Source of the DNA: Nemertoderma westbladi
Lineage: Eukaryota > Animalia > Xenacoelomorpha
DNA: 59,163 nt
Assembly (NCBI GenBank): GCA_032718475.1
Contig: JAUCBJ010006263.1
Location: 1-59,163, forward strand
Reading direction: 5' to 3'
Each line of letters opens with the position of its first letter. The first letter of the stretch is position 1. This document shows positions 22,849 through 37,600 of the stretch, one piece after another. The notes beneath the pieces are model-generated. The model was not told where the DNA came from. It saw nothing but the letters and a program-made list of their open reading frames with translations, and did no database searches. The position numbers were made by a program, and so were the translations under genes.

Positions 22849-23245
22849 TAAAGGGCTGTCAGAAATAAGCAGTTTTTTTTACCGTAATCAACTTAATTGA
22901 CCAATTAACTACTTTTATAATTATTTATATCTTATACTATAAAATAATTGATTTCCGTTAAAGGGCTGGCAGAAACATGCAGTTTTTTTTTACCGTAATC
23001 AACTTAATCATCTAATTAACTGCTTTTATCAGTTTATCTTAGCTTCTCGAAGGCCACAAGCAAATTTAACTGGGAAAATTTCTAAACTTTTGCCAAAAAA
23101 ACAAGTGTACCAATTTTGGTTAGATTTCATCGAGATTTAGCTGAGTTATTAACGTTTAAAATTGGACACGACAGAACAACAGAACGATACAGACACACCT
23201 GAGTTAGTGGTAAGCCTACTAAGCTCGCTTCTGGCTTACTTTCGT
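22849..23245. repeat. Repeat fragment with a ~80-bp imperfect direct duplication, possibly Helitron/Helentron-associated
   Basis: ttaaagggctg.cagaaa...ttttaccgtaatcaacttaat occurs at 22849 and 22958. The downstream accaattttggttagatttc...acagaacaacagaac resembles DINE-1/HINE-type bodies (pattern recognition only). Confidence 0.4.
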
Positions 23246-23779
23246 GGGTCGTCTCCAAGGCGTACTATATACATGCTCGGCTCACTCGAATAGGCCTACT
23301 ATATGTAGAATGTAAGCCTACACTTTCAGGATAATGTTAATTATACAAAAATAAGACTACTTTATCCATTATACAGTAATAATTATACTATCTACACGTA
23401 TAAATTGTGAACGAGGATTGACCAAAATATATACGCCTATAAACTAACAGTATAGGCCAAGAGTAATTTGAATTAGGTCCCATCACATTTTACAAAGCCA
23501 TTTTGCACCACAAAATCAATAATAATGACGTTGCTGGTTGGATATAGTGTTCATTTGAGAAACATAACCAACCAGCTTAACTACAGTGGTTGAATTATAG
23601 AGATGCTACTGCAGATGTGCCCAATAGCAATCACTAAGTAGGGCCCACGGTACAGTATCTGCCACCAGTCCCACCACAATGCTAATTTATCGTTTACCAA
23701 ACACAATATGTCACCACTATTAATGTAGAGGATGGATCCTGTTCTAGTTTGTCGCTTAATTGTCTTATATCCGAATTAA

Positions 23780-25036
23780 TGTTTACCAGGGGCTGTTTTC
23801 CGCCTGGGGATATGAATTAAAAGTATCCCGAAATTTGAAAAAAATATCCGATAAGTTGATGTATCATCCAAAAGTATTTCTTAGGGGGTGGCTTAGTTTG
23901 AAATAAACAAGTCTTTTTTGTTGTTGTTGATTAAGAGAAATTATCTAGAAACTGTATTTGCCTATCGCATTTAGTTCTCGAAATAAGAAATGTAGGCCTA
24001 CAGTAATAGGCAGGGTATTGGGTCGAAGGTCCGAATGAGACAACGCGACGAGAATGAGACAAAGTCCTTCGACTACCGCCAATAACTGGACTTGGTAGGA
24101 CAAGGATAGAGGACACGGTTTGTGTGGGCCAAAGTCAACATTTTTCGGAAGTTTTTCGGAAGAGCTGCAAGCATCCTATAGTATATATATAGCTGTAGTA
24201 ACTTTTCGATCTGGGAATTTTTTTTTTGAGCGAGTTTTCCACCGGAAAAGTGGGGCCGAATATTTACGATTGCGACTCGTAAAAACCCCCGATATTCGAA
24301 GCGCCATATCTCGGGTACCGCTAATCTCCTGCCCTTGAGACTAGAAATGCAAACACTAATTCATCTCAAAATAGATTGAAAATTTTATTTAATTCTTGGT
24401 TTCTGGCAACAAATACCAAGTCAATTTTACATTTCGTCAAACCGGACAAGTTTTATGATTCGTCAAAAGTTCTGAATAATAATAGTTTTTTTTTTAATTA
24501 ATTTTAAACTTTAAATTCTAATTTAATTCTAATTCTATTTAAATTCTTCATGGTCAAAATTGCGATTTAAAATATTTTCTACATTTCGCTATTACAAGAA
24601 GAATGGCGATTGAAAGCGCAATACTTTAGACAACATTACTTTATTTACTTAGCGGGCTAAATTCCGCACATTCCAAAAACCTATTTAACTCCTGATCTAC
24701 TGGGTCTTTTTCGAAAATTTACAAATCAGCAATTCCTCATTGGAAATCATTAATAACCATATATCGTAATTCGTTCAAAAATAATTAGGCTTTGACCCCA
24801 CTTATCATTCTTAACAGTAAAATATGGGGGCGACAATCTATATATTTCAGAATTATAGTGCGATTCTTATAAGAAACACCTTCGGGTGTGTGGGGGGCAA
24901 ACAATTTATTATCTTCTACCACAACGAACCTACAGGCAACCGCTTCTACATATTTCTTATATTATATTTTTAAGGGCCAACTTCAAATAATTAATAATTA
25001 ATCGATTGTGCGCGTGATGTGAAAACGGGGGAGAAA
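23780..25036. mobile_element. Probable non-autonomous Helitron/Helentron-like element body abutting satellite C
   Basis: Non-coding, with motifs such as ttctcgaaata, ccatatctcgggtaccgcta and tttgacccc that resemble DINE-1/HINE-like bodies. Boundaries are uncertain. Confidence 0.35.
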
Positions 25037-25646
25037 ATACAAGTGTGGTTTACGCCTCTCATCTTCTATACAAGTGTGGGTTACGCCTCTCATCTTCTAT
25101 ACAAGTGTGGGCTACGCCTCTCATCTTCTATACAAGTGTGGGCTACGCCTCTCATCTTCTATACAAGTGTGGGCTACGCCTCTCATCTTCTATACAAGTG
25201 TGGGCTACGCCTCTCATCTTCTATACAAGTGTGGGCTACGCCTCTCATCTTCTATACAAGTGTGGGCTACGCCTCTCATCTTCTATACAAGTGTGGGCTA
25301 CGCCTCTCATCTTCTATACAAGTGTGGGCTACGCCTCTCATCTTCTATACAAGTGTGGGCTACGCCTCTCATCTTCTATACAAGTGTGGGCTACGCCTCT
25401 CATCTTCTATACAAGTGTGGGCTACGCCTCTCGCTCTCATCTTCTATACAAGTGTGGGCTACGCCTCTCATCTTCTATACAAGTGTGGCCTACGCCTCTC
25501 ATCTTCTATACAAGTGTGGGCTACGCCTCTCATCTTCTATACAAGTGTGGGCTACGCCTCTCATCTTCTATACAAGTGTGGGCTACGCCTCTCATCTTCT
25601 ATACAAGTGTGGGCTACGCCTCTCATCTTCTATACAAGTGTGGGCT
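25037..25646. repeat. Tandem satellite C, 31-bp unit (atacaagtgtgggctacgcctctcatcttct), left part, ~20 copies
   Basis: 31-bp periodicity, highly homogeneous. Confidence 0.98.
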
Positions 25647-26858
25647 GAAGAATTATCAAAAAAGAAAGACAGGCATCTGGCTGTTATCTTTGTTGACTTC
25701 TTCAAGGCCTTTGATTCAGTCTCTCGCTCACGTATGTTCAGCATACTTTCATTATATGGGATTCCTGATGAAATTATTGCAGCAATCAGATCAGTATACG
25801 ATGGTTCGACAACATTTGTGTCTACTGTTGACGGTGACACAGAACCATTTGAAGTGTTATGGGGCGTCCTCCAAGGAGACACACTTGCACCATTCTTGTT
25901 CATTATTGTGGTTGACTATGTTCTACGCATGTCCTTAGATCATCATAATGATGAAGGGGTGATGATAACTCCACCTACTGGCTCCAGAAGTCGAGGAAAT
26001 CCTGCCAAGTACCTAACTGATCTAGACTTTGCTGATGACTTAGGAGTACTCTCAGAATCATTAGACGGAGCCCAACGGCTCCTCAGCTCATTAGAACATG
26101 CTGCTTCTAGTGTTGGTCTTTTTATTAACTCCAGAAAGACCAAAATTCTGACCGTTAACTTTGAAAGTCATCAGCAAGTCTCTGATCGGATGAGCATAAG
26201 CTCAAAGGATGGTATGCTTGAGCATGTGGACGACTTCTGTTACCTGGGATCATGGATCCGGAAGTCAGGTGAGGACCTTCGAATTCGTAAGGGAAAGGCA
26301 TGGGCAGCCTTGAATAGGCTTTCCAGGATTTGGAAGTCACCGAGAATTAATCGGAAACTTAAGGTCCGATTATTTAGAGCAGCAGTAGTTCCAGTACTCC
26401 TCTACGGGAGTCCATGCTGGGCTCTAACTGCTGAGGACACCAAATCTCTGGATGGCACATTCACAAGAATGCTACGCCGGGTTCATTGTGTCAAGTACAA
26501 TGCACACATCTCCAACCAGACACTATATAACATTGGAGGTGTCTCATTGGTTCCCCCAAGCTTGACACTAGAACAAAATCGCCTCCGCTTTGCAGGACAT
26601 TGCTTTCGCCGTGAGGACCAGCCAGTGCATAATCTTGTACTTTGGCAGCCTCATGGAGTGAATAAGCATGGTGGACAGCCCATGACTTTCTTGAGACGCA
26701 TCTTAAAGGACACTGGCCTTAAAGATGCGGATGATCTAGCAAATGTCATGGGTGATAGGGAGTTGTGGCGGTGCAATTTTGTTGACAAGCCGGCACAGCA
26801 TTCTTAAAAATGCAGCTGCAATGCAGCATGCCGATCCTAGTAGTAGTAGTAGTAGTAG
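25647..26858 (+). mobile_element. 5'-truncated RTE-like non-LTR retrotransposon with an open RT frame (25647-26807), short 3' UTR and (TAG)7 tail
   Basis: Motifs IFVDFFKAFDSV, GVLQGDTLAPFLF, LDFADDL, FCYLGS, LLYGSPCW and RLRFAGHCFRR. No stops over ~386 codons. gggct is duplicated at 25642-25646 and 26858-26862. The endonuclease and RT N-terminus are missing. Confidence 0.95.
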
Positions 26859-29800
26859 GGCTACGCCTCTCATCTTCTATACAAGTGTGGGCTACGCCTC
26901 TCATCTTCTATACAAGTGTGGGCTACGCCTCTCATCTTCTATACAAGTGTGGGCTACGCCTCTCATCTTCTATACAAGTGTGGGCTACGCCTCTCATCTT
27001 CTATACAAGTGTGGGCTACGCCTCTCATCTTCTATACAAGTGTGGGCTACGCCTCTCTCATCTTCTATACAAGTGTGGGCTACGCCTCTCATCTTCTATA
27101 CAAATGTGGGCTACGCCTCTCATCTTCTATACAAGTGTGGGCTACGCCTCTCATCTTCTATACAAGTGTGAGCTACGCCTCTCATCTTCTATACAAGTGT
27201 GAGCTACGCCTCTCATCTTCTATACAAGTGTGGGCTACGCCTCTCATCTTCTATACAAGTGTGGGCTACGCCTCTCATCTTCTATACAAGTGTGGGCTAC
27301 GCCTCTCATCTTCTATACAAGTGTGGGCTACGCCTCTCAACTTCTATACAAGTGTGGGCTACGCCTCTCATCTTCTATACAAGTGTGGGTTACGCTTCTC
27401 ATCTTCTATACAAGTGTGGGCTACGCCTCTCATCTTCTATACAAGTGTGGGCTACGCCTCTCATCTTCTATACAAGTGTGGGCTACGCCTCTCAACTTCT
27501 ATACAAGTGTGGGCTACGCCTCTCATCTTCTATACAAGTGTGGGTTACGCCTCTCATCTTCTATACAAGTGTCGGCTACGCCTCTCATATTCTATACAAG
27601 TGTGGGCTACGCCTCTCATCTTCTATACAAGTGTGGGCTACGCCTCTCATCTTCTATACAAGTGTGGGCTACGCCTCTCATCTTCTATACAAGTGTGGGC
27701 TACGCCTCTCATCTTCTATACAAGTGTGGGCTACGTCTCTCATCTTCTATACAAGTGTGGGCTACGCCTCCCATCTTCTATACAAGTGTGGGCTACGCCT
27801 CTCATCTTCTATACAAGTGTGGGCTACGCCTCTCATCTTCTATACAAGTGTGAGCTACGCCTCTCTCATCTTCTATACAAGTGTGGGCTACGCCTCTCAT
27901 CTTCTACACAAGTGTGGCCTACGCCTCTCATCTTCTATACAAGTGTGGGCTACGCCTCTCATCTTCTATACAAGTGTGGGCTACGCCTCTCATCTTCTAT
28001 ACAAGTGTGGGCTACGCCTCTCATCTTCTATACAAGTGTGGGCTACGCCTCTCGCTCTCATCTTCTATACAAGTGTGGGCTACGCCTCTCATCTTCTATA
28101 CAAGTGTGGGCTACGGCTCTCATCTTCTATACAAGTGTGGCCTGCGCCTCTCATCTTCTATACAAGTGTGGGCTACGCCTTTCTCATCTTCTATAAAAGT
28201 GTGGGCTACGCCTCTCATCTTCTATACAAGTGTGGGCTACGCATCTCATCTTCTATACAAGTGTGGGCTACGCCTCTCATCTACTATACAAGTGTGGGCT
28301 ACGCCTCTCATCTTCTATACAAGTGTGGGCTACGCCTCTCATCTTCTATACAAGTGTGGGCTACGCCTCTCATCTACTATACAAGTGTGGGCTACGCCTC
28401 TCATCTTCTATACAAGTGTGGGCTACGCCTCTCGCTCTCATCTTCTATACAAGTGTGGGCTACGCCTCTCATCTTCTATACAAGTGTGGGCTACGCCTCT
28501 CATCTTCTATACAAGTGTGGGCTACGCCTCTCATCTTCTATACAAGTGTGGGCTACGCCTCTCATCTTCTATACAAGTGTGGGCTACGCCTCTCATCTAC
28601 TATACAAGTGTGGGCTACGCCTCTCATCTTCTATACAAGTGTGGGCTACGCCTCTCATCTTCTATACAAGTGTGGGCTACGCCTCTCATCTTCTATACAA
28701 GTGTGGGCTACGCCTCTCATCTTCTATACAAGTGTGGGCTACGCCTCTCATCTTCTATACAAGTGTGGGCTACGCCTCTCATCTTCTATACAAGTGTGGG
28801 CTACGCCTCTCATCTTCTATACAAGTGTGGGCTACGCCTCTCATCTTCTATACAAGTGTGGGCTACGCCTCTCATCTTCTATACAAGTGTGGGCTACGCC
28901 TCTCATCTTCTATACAAGTGTGGGCTACGCCTCTCATCTTCTATACAAGTGTGGGCTACGCCTCTCATCTTCTATACAAGTGTGGGCTACGTCTCTCTCA
29001 TCTTCTATACAAATGTGGGCTACGCCTCTCATCTTCTATACAAGTGTGGGCTACGCCTCTCATCTTCTATACAAGTGTGGGCTACGCCTCTCATCTTCTA
29101 TACAAGTGTGGGCTACGCCTCTCATCTTCTATACAAGTGTGGGCTACGCCTCTCATCTTCTATACAAGTGTGGCCTACGCCTCTCATCTTCTATACAAGT
29201 GTGGCCTACGCCTCTCATCTTCTATACAAGTGTGGGCTACGCCTCTCATCTTCTATACAAGTGTGGGCTACGCCTCTCATCTTCTATACAAGTGTGGGCT
29301 ACGCCTCTCGCTCTCATCTTCTATACAAGTGTGGGCTACGCCTCTCGCTCTCATTTTCTATACAAGTGTGGGCTACGCCTCTCATCTTCTATACAAGTGT
29401 GGCCTACGCCTCTCATCTTCTATACAAGTGTGGCCTACGCCTCTCATCTTCTATACAAGTGTGGGCTACGCCTCTCATCTTCTATACAAGTGTGGGCTAC
29501 GCCTCTCATCTTCTATACAAGTGTGGCCTACGCCTCTCATCTTCTATACAAGTGTGGGCTACGCCTCTCATCTTCTATACAAGTGTGGGCTACGCCTCTC
29601 ATCTTCTATACAAGTGTGGGCTACGCCTCTCATCTTCTATACAAGTGTGGGCTACGCCTCTCATCTTCTATACAAGTGTGGGCTACGCCTCTCATCTTCT
29701 ATACAAGTGTGGGCTACGCCTCTCATCTTCTATACAAGTGTGGGCTACGCCTCTCATCTTCTATACAAGTGTGGGCTACGCCTCTCATTTTCTATACAAG

Positions 29801-30417
29801 TGTGGGCTACTCCTCTCATCTTCTATACAAGTGTGGGCTACGCCTCTCATCTTCTATACAAGTGTGGGCTACGCCTCTCATCTTCTATACAAGTGTGGGC
29901 TACGCCTCTCATCTACTATACAAGTGTGGGCTACGCCTCTCATCTTCTATACAAGTGTGGGCTACGCCTCTCATCTTTTATACAAGTGTGGGCTACGCCT
30001 CTCATCTTCTATACAAGTGTGGGCTACGCCTCTCATCTTCTATACAAGTGTGAGCTACGCCTCTCATATTCTATACAAGTGTGGGCTACCCCTCTCATCT
30101 TCTATACAAGTGTGGGCTACGCCTCTCATCTTCTATACAAGTGTGGGCTACGCCTCTCATCTTCTATACAAGTGTGGGCTACGCCTCTCATCTTCTATAC
30201 AAGTGTGGGCTACGCCTCTCATCTTCTATACAAGTGTGGGCTACGTCTCTCATCTTCTATACAAGTGTGGGCTACGCCTCTCATCTTCTATACAAGTGTG
30301 GGCTACGTCTCTCATCTTCTATACAAGTGTGGGCTACGCCTCTCATCTTCTATACAAGTGTGGGCTACGTCTCTCATCTTCTATACAAGTGTGGGCTACG
30401 CCTCTCATCTTCTATAC
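26858..30417. repeat. Tandem satellite C, right part, ~115 copies
   Basis: Same 31-bp unit with sporadic +2 (tc) and +6 (gctctc) variants. Confidence 0.98.
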
Positions 30418-30982
30418 TCTCTTTCCCTCTTATAAATTTAAAGTCACATTTTCACCTCTGTCAAGGTGTGGTGATGTACCTACAGTAGTTTTAGATTGCG
30501 TTTAAAATTTTACTAATCAATATATCTTATTATATTGACATACCTGTAGTAAAGTTACAGAGTAAAGTTTTATTGCTTTTAGTTGATAAGACTTACATAT
30601 ATTTGTTCTTATCTCGATGATGCAAATTGTAATTCTTTTTTATTAATCTTGGTGAAAGAAATGTTTCATTATTATTATTTATAGAAATTGTTATCTACAC
30701 TATGATATCAGGTGAATAGTTTGTTATTATTAATTCATATTTATTATGTAGGATAGTGATCACTAACTTCTTTCATTATCATACATATTATTATTATACA
30801 TATTTAATATTTTATCTTTACATTTTGGTACATTCCTGTTATTATTATTTTCATTGCGTTATGTATAAGTATACTGTTTAAAATATTCACCATACAGTAG
30901 TCCCACATATTAATACAAAAGTGATATACAGTAGGCCTAGGTCCTATATCGCCTAGATAATAAATATATCACTAACTAACTT

Positions 30983-33900
30983 CAGGAACCTGCATCTCAC
31001 CATCTATCTAGATAACAAACAGGAACCTGCATCCAAACCATCTATCTAGATAACAAACAGGAACCTGCACCCACACCTTCTATCTAGATAACAAACAGGA
31101 ACGTGCATCCACACCATCTATAGAGATAACAACAGGAACCTGCATCCACACCATCTATCTAGATAACAACAGGAACCTGTATCCACACCATCTATCTAGA
31201 TAACAACAGGAACCTGTATCCACACCATCTATCTAGATAACAAACAGGAACCTGCACCCACACCATCTATCTAGATAAAAAACAGGAACCTGTATCCACA
31301 CCATCTATCTAGATAACAAACAGGAACCTGCATCCACACCATCTATCTAGATAACAAACAGGAATCTGCATCATCTATCTAGATAACAAACAGGAACCTG
31401 CATCCACACCATCTATAGAGATAACAAACAGAAACCTGCATCCACACCATCTATAGAGATAACAAACAGGAACCTGTATCCACACCATCTATAGAGATAA
31501 CAAACAGGAACCTGCATCCACACCTTCTATCTAGATAACAAACAGGAACCTGCATCCACACCATCTATCTAGATAACAAACAGGAACCTGCATCCACACC
31601 ATCTATAGAGATAACAAACAGGAACCTGCATCCACACCATCTATCTAGATAAAAAACAGGAACCTGCATCCACACCATCTATAGAGATAAGAAACAGGAA
31701 CCTGCATCCACACCATCTATAGAGATAACAAACAGGAACCTGCATCCACACCTTCTATCTAGATAACAAACAGGAACCTGCATCCACACCATCTATCTAG
31801 ATAACAAACAGGAACCTGCATCCACACCATCTATAGAGATAACAAACAGGAACCTGCATCCACACCATCTATCTAGATAAAAAACAGGAACCTGCATCCA
31901 CACCATCTATCTAGATAACAAACAGGAACCTGCATCCACACCATCTATCTAGATAACAAACAGGAACCTGCATCCACACCATCTATCTAGATAACAAACA
32001 GGAACCTGCAACCACACCATCTATAGAGATAACAAAGAGGAACCTGCATCCACACCATCTATAGAGATAACAAACAGGAACCTGCATCCACACCATCTAT
32101 CTAGATAACAAACAGGAACCTGCATCCACACCATCTATCTAGATAACAAACAGGAACCTGCATCCACACCATCTATCTAGATAACAAACAGGAACCTGCA
32201 TCCACACCATCTATAGAGATAACAAACAGGAACCAGCATCCAAACCATCTATCTAGATAACAACAGGAACCTGCATCCACACCATCTATCTAGATAACAA
32301 ACAGGAACCTGCATCCACACCATCTATCTAGATAACAAACAGGAACCTGCATCCACACCATCTATAGAGATAACAAACAGGAACCAGCATCCAAACCATC
32401 TATCTAGATAACAAACAGGAACCTGCATCCACACCATCTATCTAGATAACAAACAGGAACCTGCACCCACACCATCTATCTAGATAACAACAGGAACCTG
32501 CACCCACACCATATATCTAGATAACAAACAGGAACCTGCATCCACACCAACTATCTAGATAACAAACAGGAACCTGCATCCACACCATCTATCTAGATAA
32601 CAAACAGGAACCTGCAACCACACCATCTATAGAGATAACAAACAGGAACCTGCACCCACACCATCTATAGAGATAGCAAACAGGAACCTGCATCCACACC
32701 ATCTATAGAGATAACAAACAGGAACCTGTATCCACACCATCTATCTAGATAACAAACAGGAACCTGCATCCACACCATCTATCTAGATAACAAACAGGAA
32801 CCTGCATCCACACCATCTATCTAGAAAACAAACAGGAACCTGCACCCACACCATCTATAGAGATAGCAAACAGGAACCTGCATCCACACCATCTATAGAG
32901 ATAACAAACAGTAACCTGCATCCACACCATCTATCTAGATAACAAACAGGAACCTGCAACCACACCATCTATAGAGATAACAAACAGGAACCTGTATCCA
33001 CACCATCTATAGAGATAACAAACAGGAACCTGTATCCACACCATCTATAGAGATAACAAACAGGAACCTGCATCCACACCATCTATAGAGATAACAAACA
33101 GGAACCTGCATCCACACCATCTATCTAGATAACAAACAGGAACCTGCATCCACACCATCTATCTAGAAAACAAACAGGAACCTGCATCCACACCATCTAT
33201 CTAGATAACAAACAGGAACCAGCATCCACACCATCTATAGAGATAACAAACAGGAACCTGCATCCACACCATCTATCTAGATAACAAACAGGAACCAGCA
33301 TCCACACCATCTATAGAGATAACAAACAGGAACCTGCATCCACACCATCTATCTAGATAACAAACAGGAACCTGCATCCACACCATCTATCTAGAAAACA
33401 AACAGGAACCTGCATCCACACCATCTATAGAGATAACAAACAGGAACCTGTATCCACACCATCTATAGAGATAACAAACAGGAACCTGTATCCACACCAT
33501 CTATAGAGATAACAAACAGGAACCTGCATCCACACCATCTATAGAGATAACAAACAGGAACCTGCATCCACACCATCTATCTAGATAACAAACAGGAACC
33601 TGCATCCACACCATCTATCTAGAAAACAAACAGGAACCTGCATCCACACCATCTATCTAGATAACAAACAGGAACCAGCATCCACACCATCTATAGAGAT
33701 AACAAACAGGAACCTGCATCCACACCATCTATCTAGATAACAAACAGGAACCAGCATCCACACCATCTATAGAGATAACAAACAGGAACCTGCATCCACA
33801 CCATCTATCTAGATAACAAACAGGAACCTGCATCCACACCATCTATCTAGATAACAAACAGGAACCTGCATCCACACCATCTATCTAGATAACAAACAGG

Positions 33901-34164
33901 AACCAGCATCCACACCATCTATAGAGATAACAAACAGGAACCTGCATCCACACCATCTATCTAGATAACAAACAGGAACCTGCATCCACACCATCTATCT
34001 AGATAACAAACAGGAACCTGCATCCACACCATCTATCTAGATAACAAACAGGAACCTGCATCCACACCATCTATCTAGAAAACAAACAGGAACCTGCATC
34101 CACACCATCTATCTAGATAACAAACAGGAACCAGCATCCACACCATCTATAGAGATAACAAACA
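30983..34164. repeat. Tandem satellite D, 38-bp unit (aacaaacaggaacctgcatccacaccatctat[ct/ag]agat), first block, ~84 copies
   Basis: 38-bp periodicity with occasional 37-bp units. Confidence 0.98.
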
Positions 34165-34649
34165 CGTTCGTGGGGACTTCGCGCAGCACGTAGTCGGCAA
34201 GCCTTGGCATACGGTTCATATAGAGCAAATGGGGCATGTCTAGTTTGGACCCAATATCCCATGCTATAAATGTATTCATTCGATATACAATCATATGTTA
34301 ATCCGCTAGGTGGTGTCAAATTGTTATTCTGCAATTTCGTACTTACCAGTGCAACACTGTACAGCAGTACCGTACCGGTAGGCCTATGTCATTACTTCTG
34401 AGTCTCTAGCGGATCCCCAATTAAATGTCTTAACTTTTCAATTTCGTAAAAGATAGACTTCATGATTCTCTATAGGCCACCAAAATTTCAGCTCAGGAAA
34501 ATGAGGCCTTCCCGAGAAATTTAACATTTTCTAAAAACCACATAATCTGTCGTAGCTGACGTCAGACTGCATGATTTTTCACCAAACTTTACAAACTTTC
34601 TAAACTTTCTCTCTACTACTTACCTACTAAGTTTGGTTCAATTCCGAAC
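34165..34649. mobile_element. 485-bp non-satellite insertion in satellite D, probably a truncated Helitron/Helentron-like fragment
   Basis: Abrupt junctions. It begins with the short hairpin cacgttcgtg and contains accaaaatttcagctc and aagtttggttcaattccg, which resemble HINE-type bodies. The interruption is certain and the class is tentative. Confidence 0.55.
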
Positions 34650-37600
34650 AGAAAACAAACAGGAACCTGCATCCACACCATCTATCTAGATAACAAACAG
34701 GAACCTGCATCCACACCATCTATCTAGATAACAAACAGGAACCTGCATCCACACCATCTATAGAGATAACAAACAGGAACCTGCATCCACACCATCTATC
34801 TAGATAACAACAGGAACCTGCATCCACACCATCTATCTAGATAACAAACAGGAACCTGCATCCACACCATCTATAGAGATAACAAACAGGAACCTGCATC
34901 CACACCATCTATAGAGATAACAAACAGGAACCTGCATCCACACCATCTATCTAGATAACAACAGGAACCTGCATCCACACCATCTATCTAGATAACAAAC
35001 AGGAACCTGCATCCACACCATCTATAGAGATAACAAACAGGAACCTGCACCCACACCATCTATCTAGATAACAAACAGGAACCTGCACCCACACCATCTA
35101 TAGAGATAACAAACAGGAACCTGCACCCACACCATCTATAGAGATAACAAACAGGAACCTGCATCCACACCATCTATAGAGATAACAAACAGGAACCTGC
35201 ATCCACACCATCTATAGAGATAACAAACAGGAACCTGTATCCACACCTTCTATCTAGATAACAAACAGGAACCTGCACCCACACCTTCTATAGAGATAAC
35301 AAACAGGAACCTGCACCCACACCATCTATAGAGATAACAAACAGGAACCTGCACCCACACCATCTATAGAGATAACAAACAGGAACCTGCATCCACACCA
35401 TCTATAGAGATAACAAACAGGAACCTGTATCCACACCTTCTATCTAGATAACAAACAGGAACCTGCATCCACACCATCTATAGAGATAACAAACAGGAAC
35501 CTGCACCCACACCTTCTATAGAGATAACAAACAGGAACCTGCACCCACACCATCTATAGAGATAACAAACAGGAACCTGCATCCACACCATCTATAGAGA
35601 TAACAAACAGGAACCTGCATCCAAACCATCTATAGAGATAACAAACAGGAACCTGTATCCACACCATCTATCTAGAAAACAAACAGGAACCTGCATCCAC
35701 ACCATCTATCTAGATAACAAACAGGAACCTGCACCCACACCATCTATCTAGAAAACAAACAGGAACCTGCATCCACACCATCTATCTAGATAACAAACAG
35801 GAACCTGCATCCACACCATCTATCTAGATAACAAACAGGAACCTGTATCCACACCTTCTATCTAGATAACAAACAGGAACCTGCATCCACACCATCTATC
35901 TAGATAACAAACAGGAACCTGCATCCACACCATCTATAGAGATAACAAACAGGAACCTGCATCCACACCATCTATAGAGATAACAAACAGGAACCTGCAT
36001 CCACACCATCTATAGAGATAACAACAGGAACCTGCATCCAAACCTTCTATAGAGATAACAACAGGAACCTGCACCCACACCATCTATCTAGATAACAAAC
36101 AGGAACCTGCATCCACACCATCTATAGAGATAACAAACAGGAACCTGCATCCAAACCATCTATCTAGAAAACAAACAGGAACCTGCACCCACACCATCTA
36201 TCTAGATAACAACAGGAACCTGCACCCACACCTTCTATCTAGATAACAAACAGGAACCTGCATCCACACCATCTATCTAGATAACAAACAGGAATCTGCA
36301 CCCACACCATCTATAGAGATAACAAACAGGAACCTGCATCCACACCATCTATCTAGATAACAAACAGGAATCTGCACCCACACCATCTATAGAGATAACA
36401 AACAGGAACCTGCATCCACACCATCTATCTAGATAACAAACAGGAACCTGCATCCACACCATCTATAGAGATAACAAACAGGAACCTGCATCCACACCAT
36501 CTATCTAGATAACAAACAGGAACCTGCATCCACACCATCTATCTAGATAACAAACAGGAATCTGCACCCACACCATCTATAGAGATAACAAACAGGAACC
36601 TGCATCCACACCATCTATCTAGATAACAAACAGGAACCTGCATCCACACCATCTATCTAGATAACAAACAGGAACCTGCATCCACACCATCTATAGAGAT
36701 AACAAACAGGAACCTGCATCCACACCATCTATAGAGATAACAAACAGGAACCTGCATCCACACCATCTATCTAGATAACAAACAGGAACCTGCATCCACA
36801 CCATCTATAGAGATAACAAACAGGAACCTGCATCCAAACCATCTATAGAGATAACAAACAGGAACCTGCATCCACACCATCTATCTAGATAACAAACAGG
36901 AATCTGCACCCACACCATCTATAGAGATAACAAACAGGAACCTGCATCCACACCATCTATAGAGATAACAAACAGGAACCTGCATCCACACCATCTATAG
37001 AGATAACAAACAGGAACCTGCATCCACACCATCTATCTAGATAACAAACAGGAACCTGCATCCACACCATCTATCTAGATAACAAACAGGAACCTGCATC
37101 CACACCATCTATAGAGATAACAAACAGGAACCTGCATCCAAACCATCTATAGAGATAACAAACAGGAACCTGCACCCACACCTTCTATCTAGATAACAAA
37201 CAGGAACCTGCATCCAAACCATCGATCTATATAACAAACAGGAACCTGCATCCAAACCATCTATAGAGATAACAAACAGGAACCTGCACCCACACCTTCT
37301 ATCTAGATAACAAACAGGAACCTGCATCCAAACCATCGATCTATATAACAAACAGGAACCTGCACCCACACCTTCTATCTAGATAACAAACAGGAACCTG
37401 CACCCACACCTTCTATCTAGATAACAAACAGGAACCTGCATCCAAACCATCGATCTATATAACAAACAGGAACCTGCATCCAAACCATCGATCTATATAA
37501 CAAACAGGAACCTGCATCCAAACCATCTATAGAGATAACAAACAGGAACCTGCACCCACACCATCTATCTAGATAACAACAGGAACCTGCATCCACACCA

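Noticed and set aside
25019-30505. ORFs up to 1078 aa in satellite C
   Set aside because: A stop-free 31-bp unit cycles through all three frames and gives the same peptide in each. Only 25647-26807 is real RT coding sequence.
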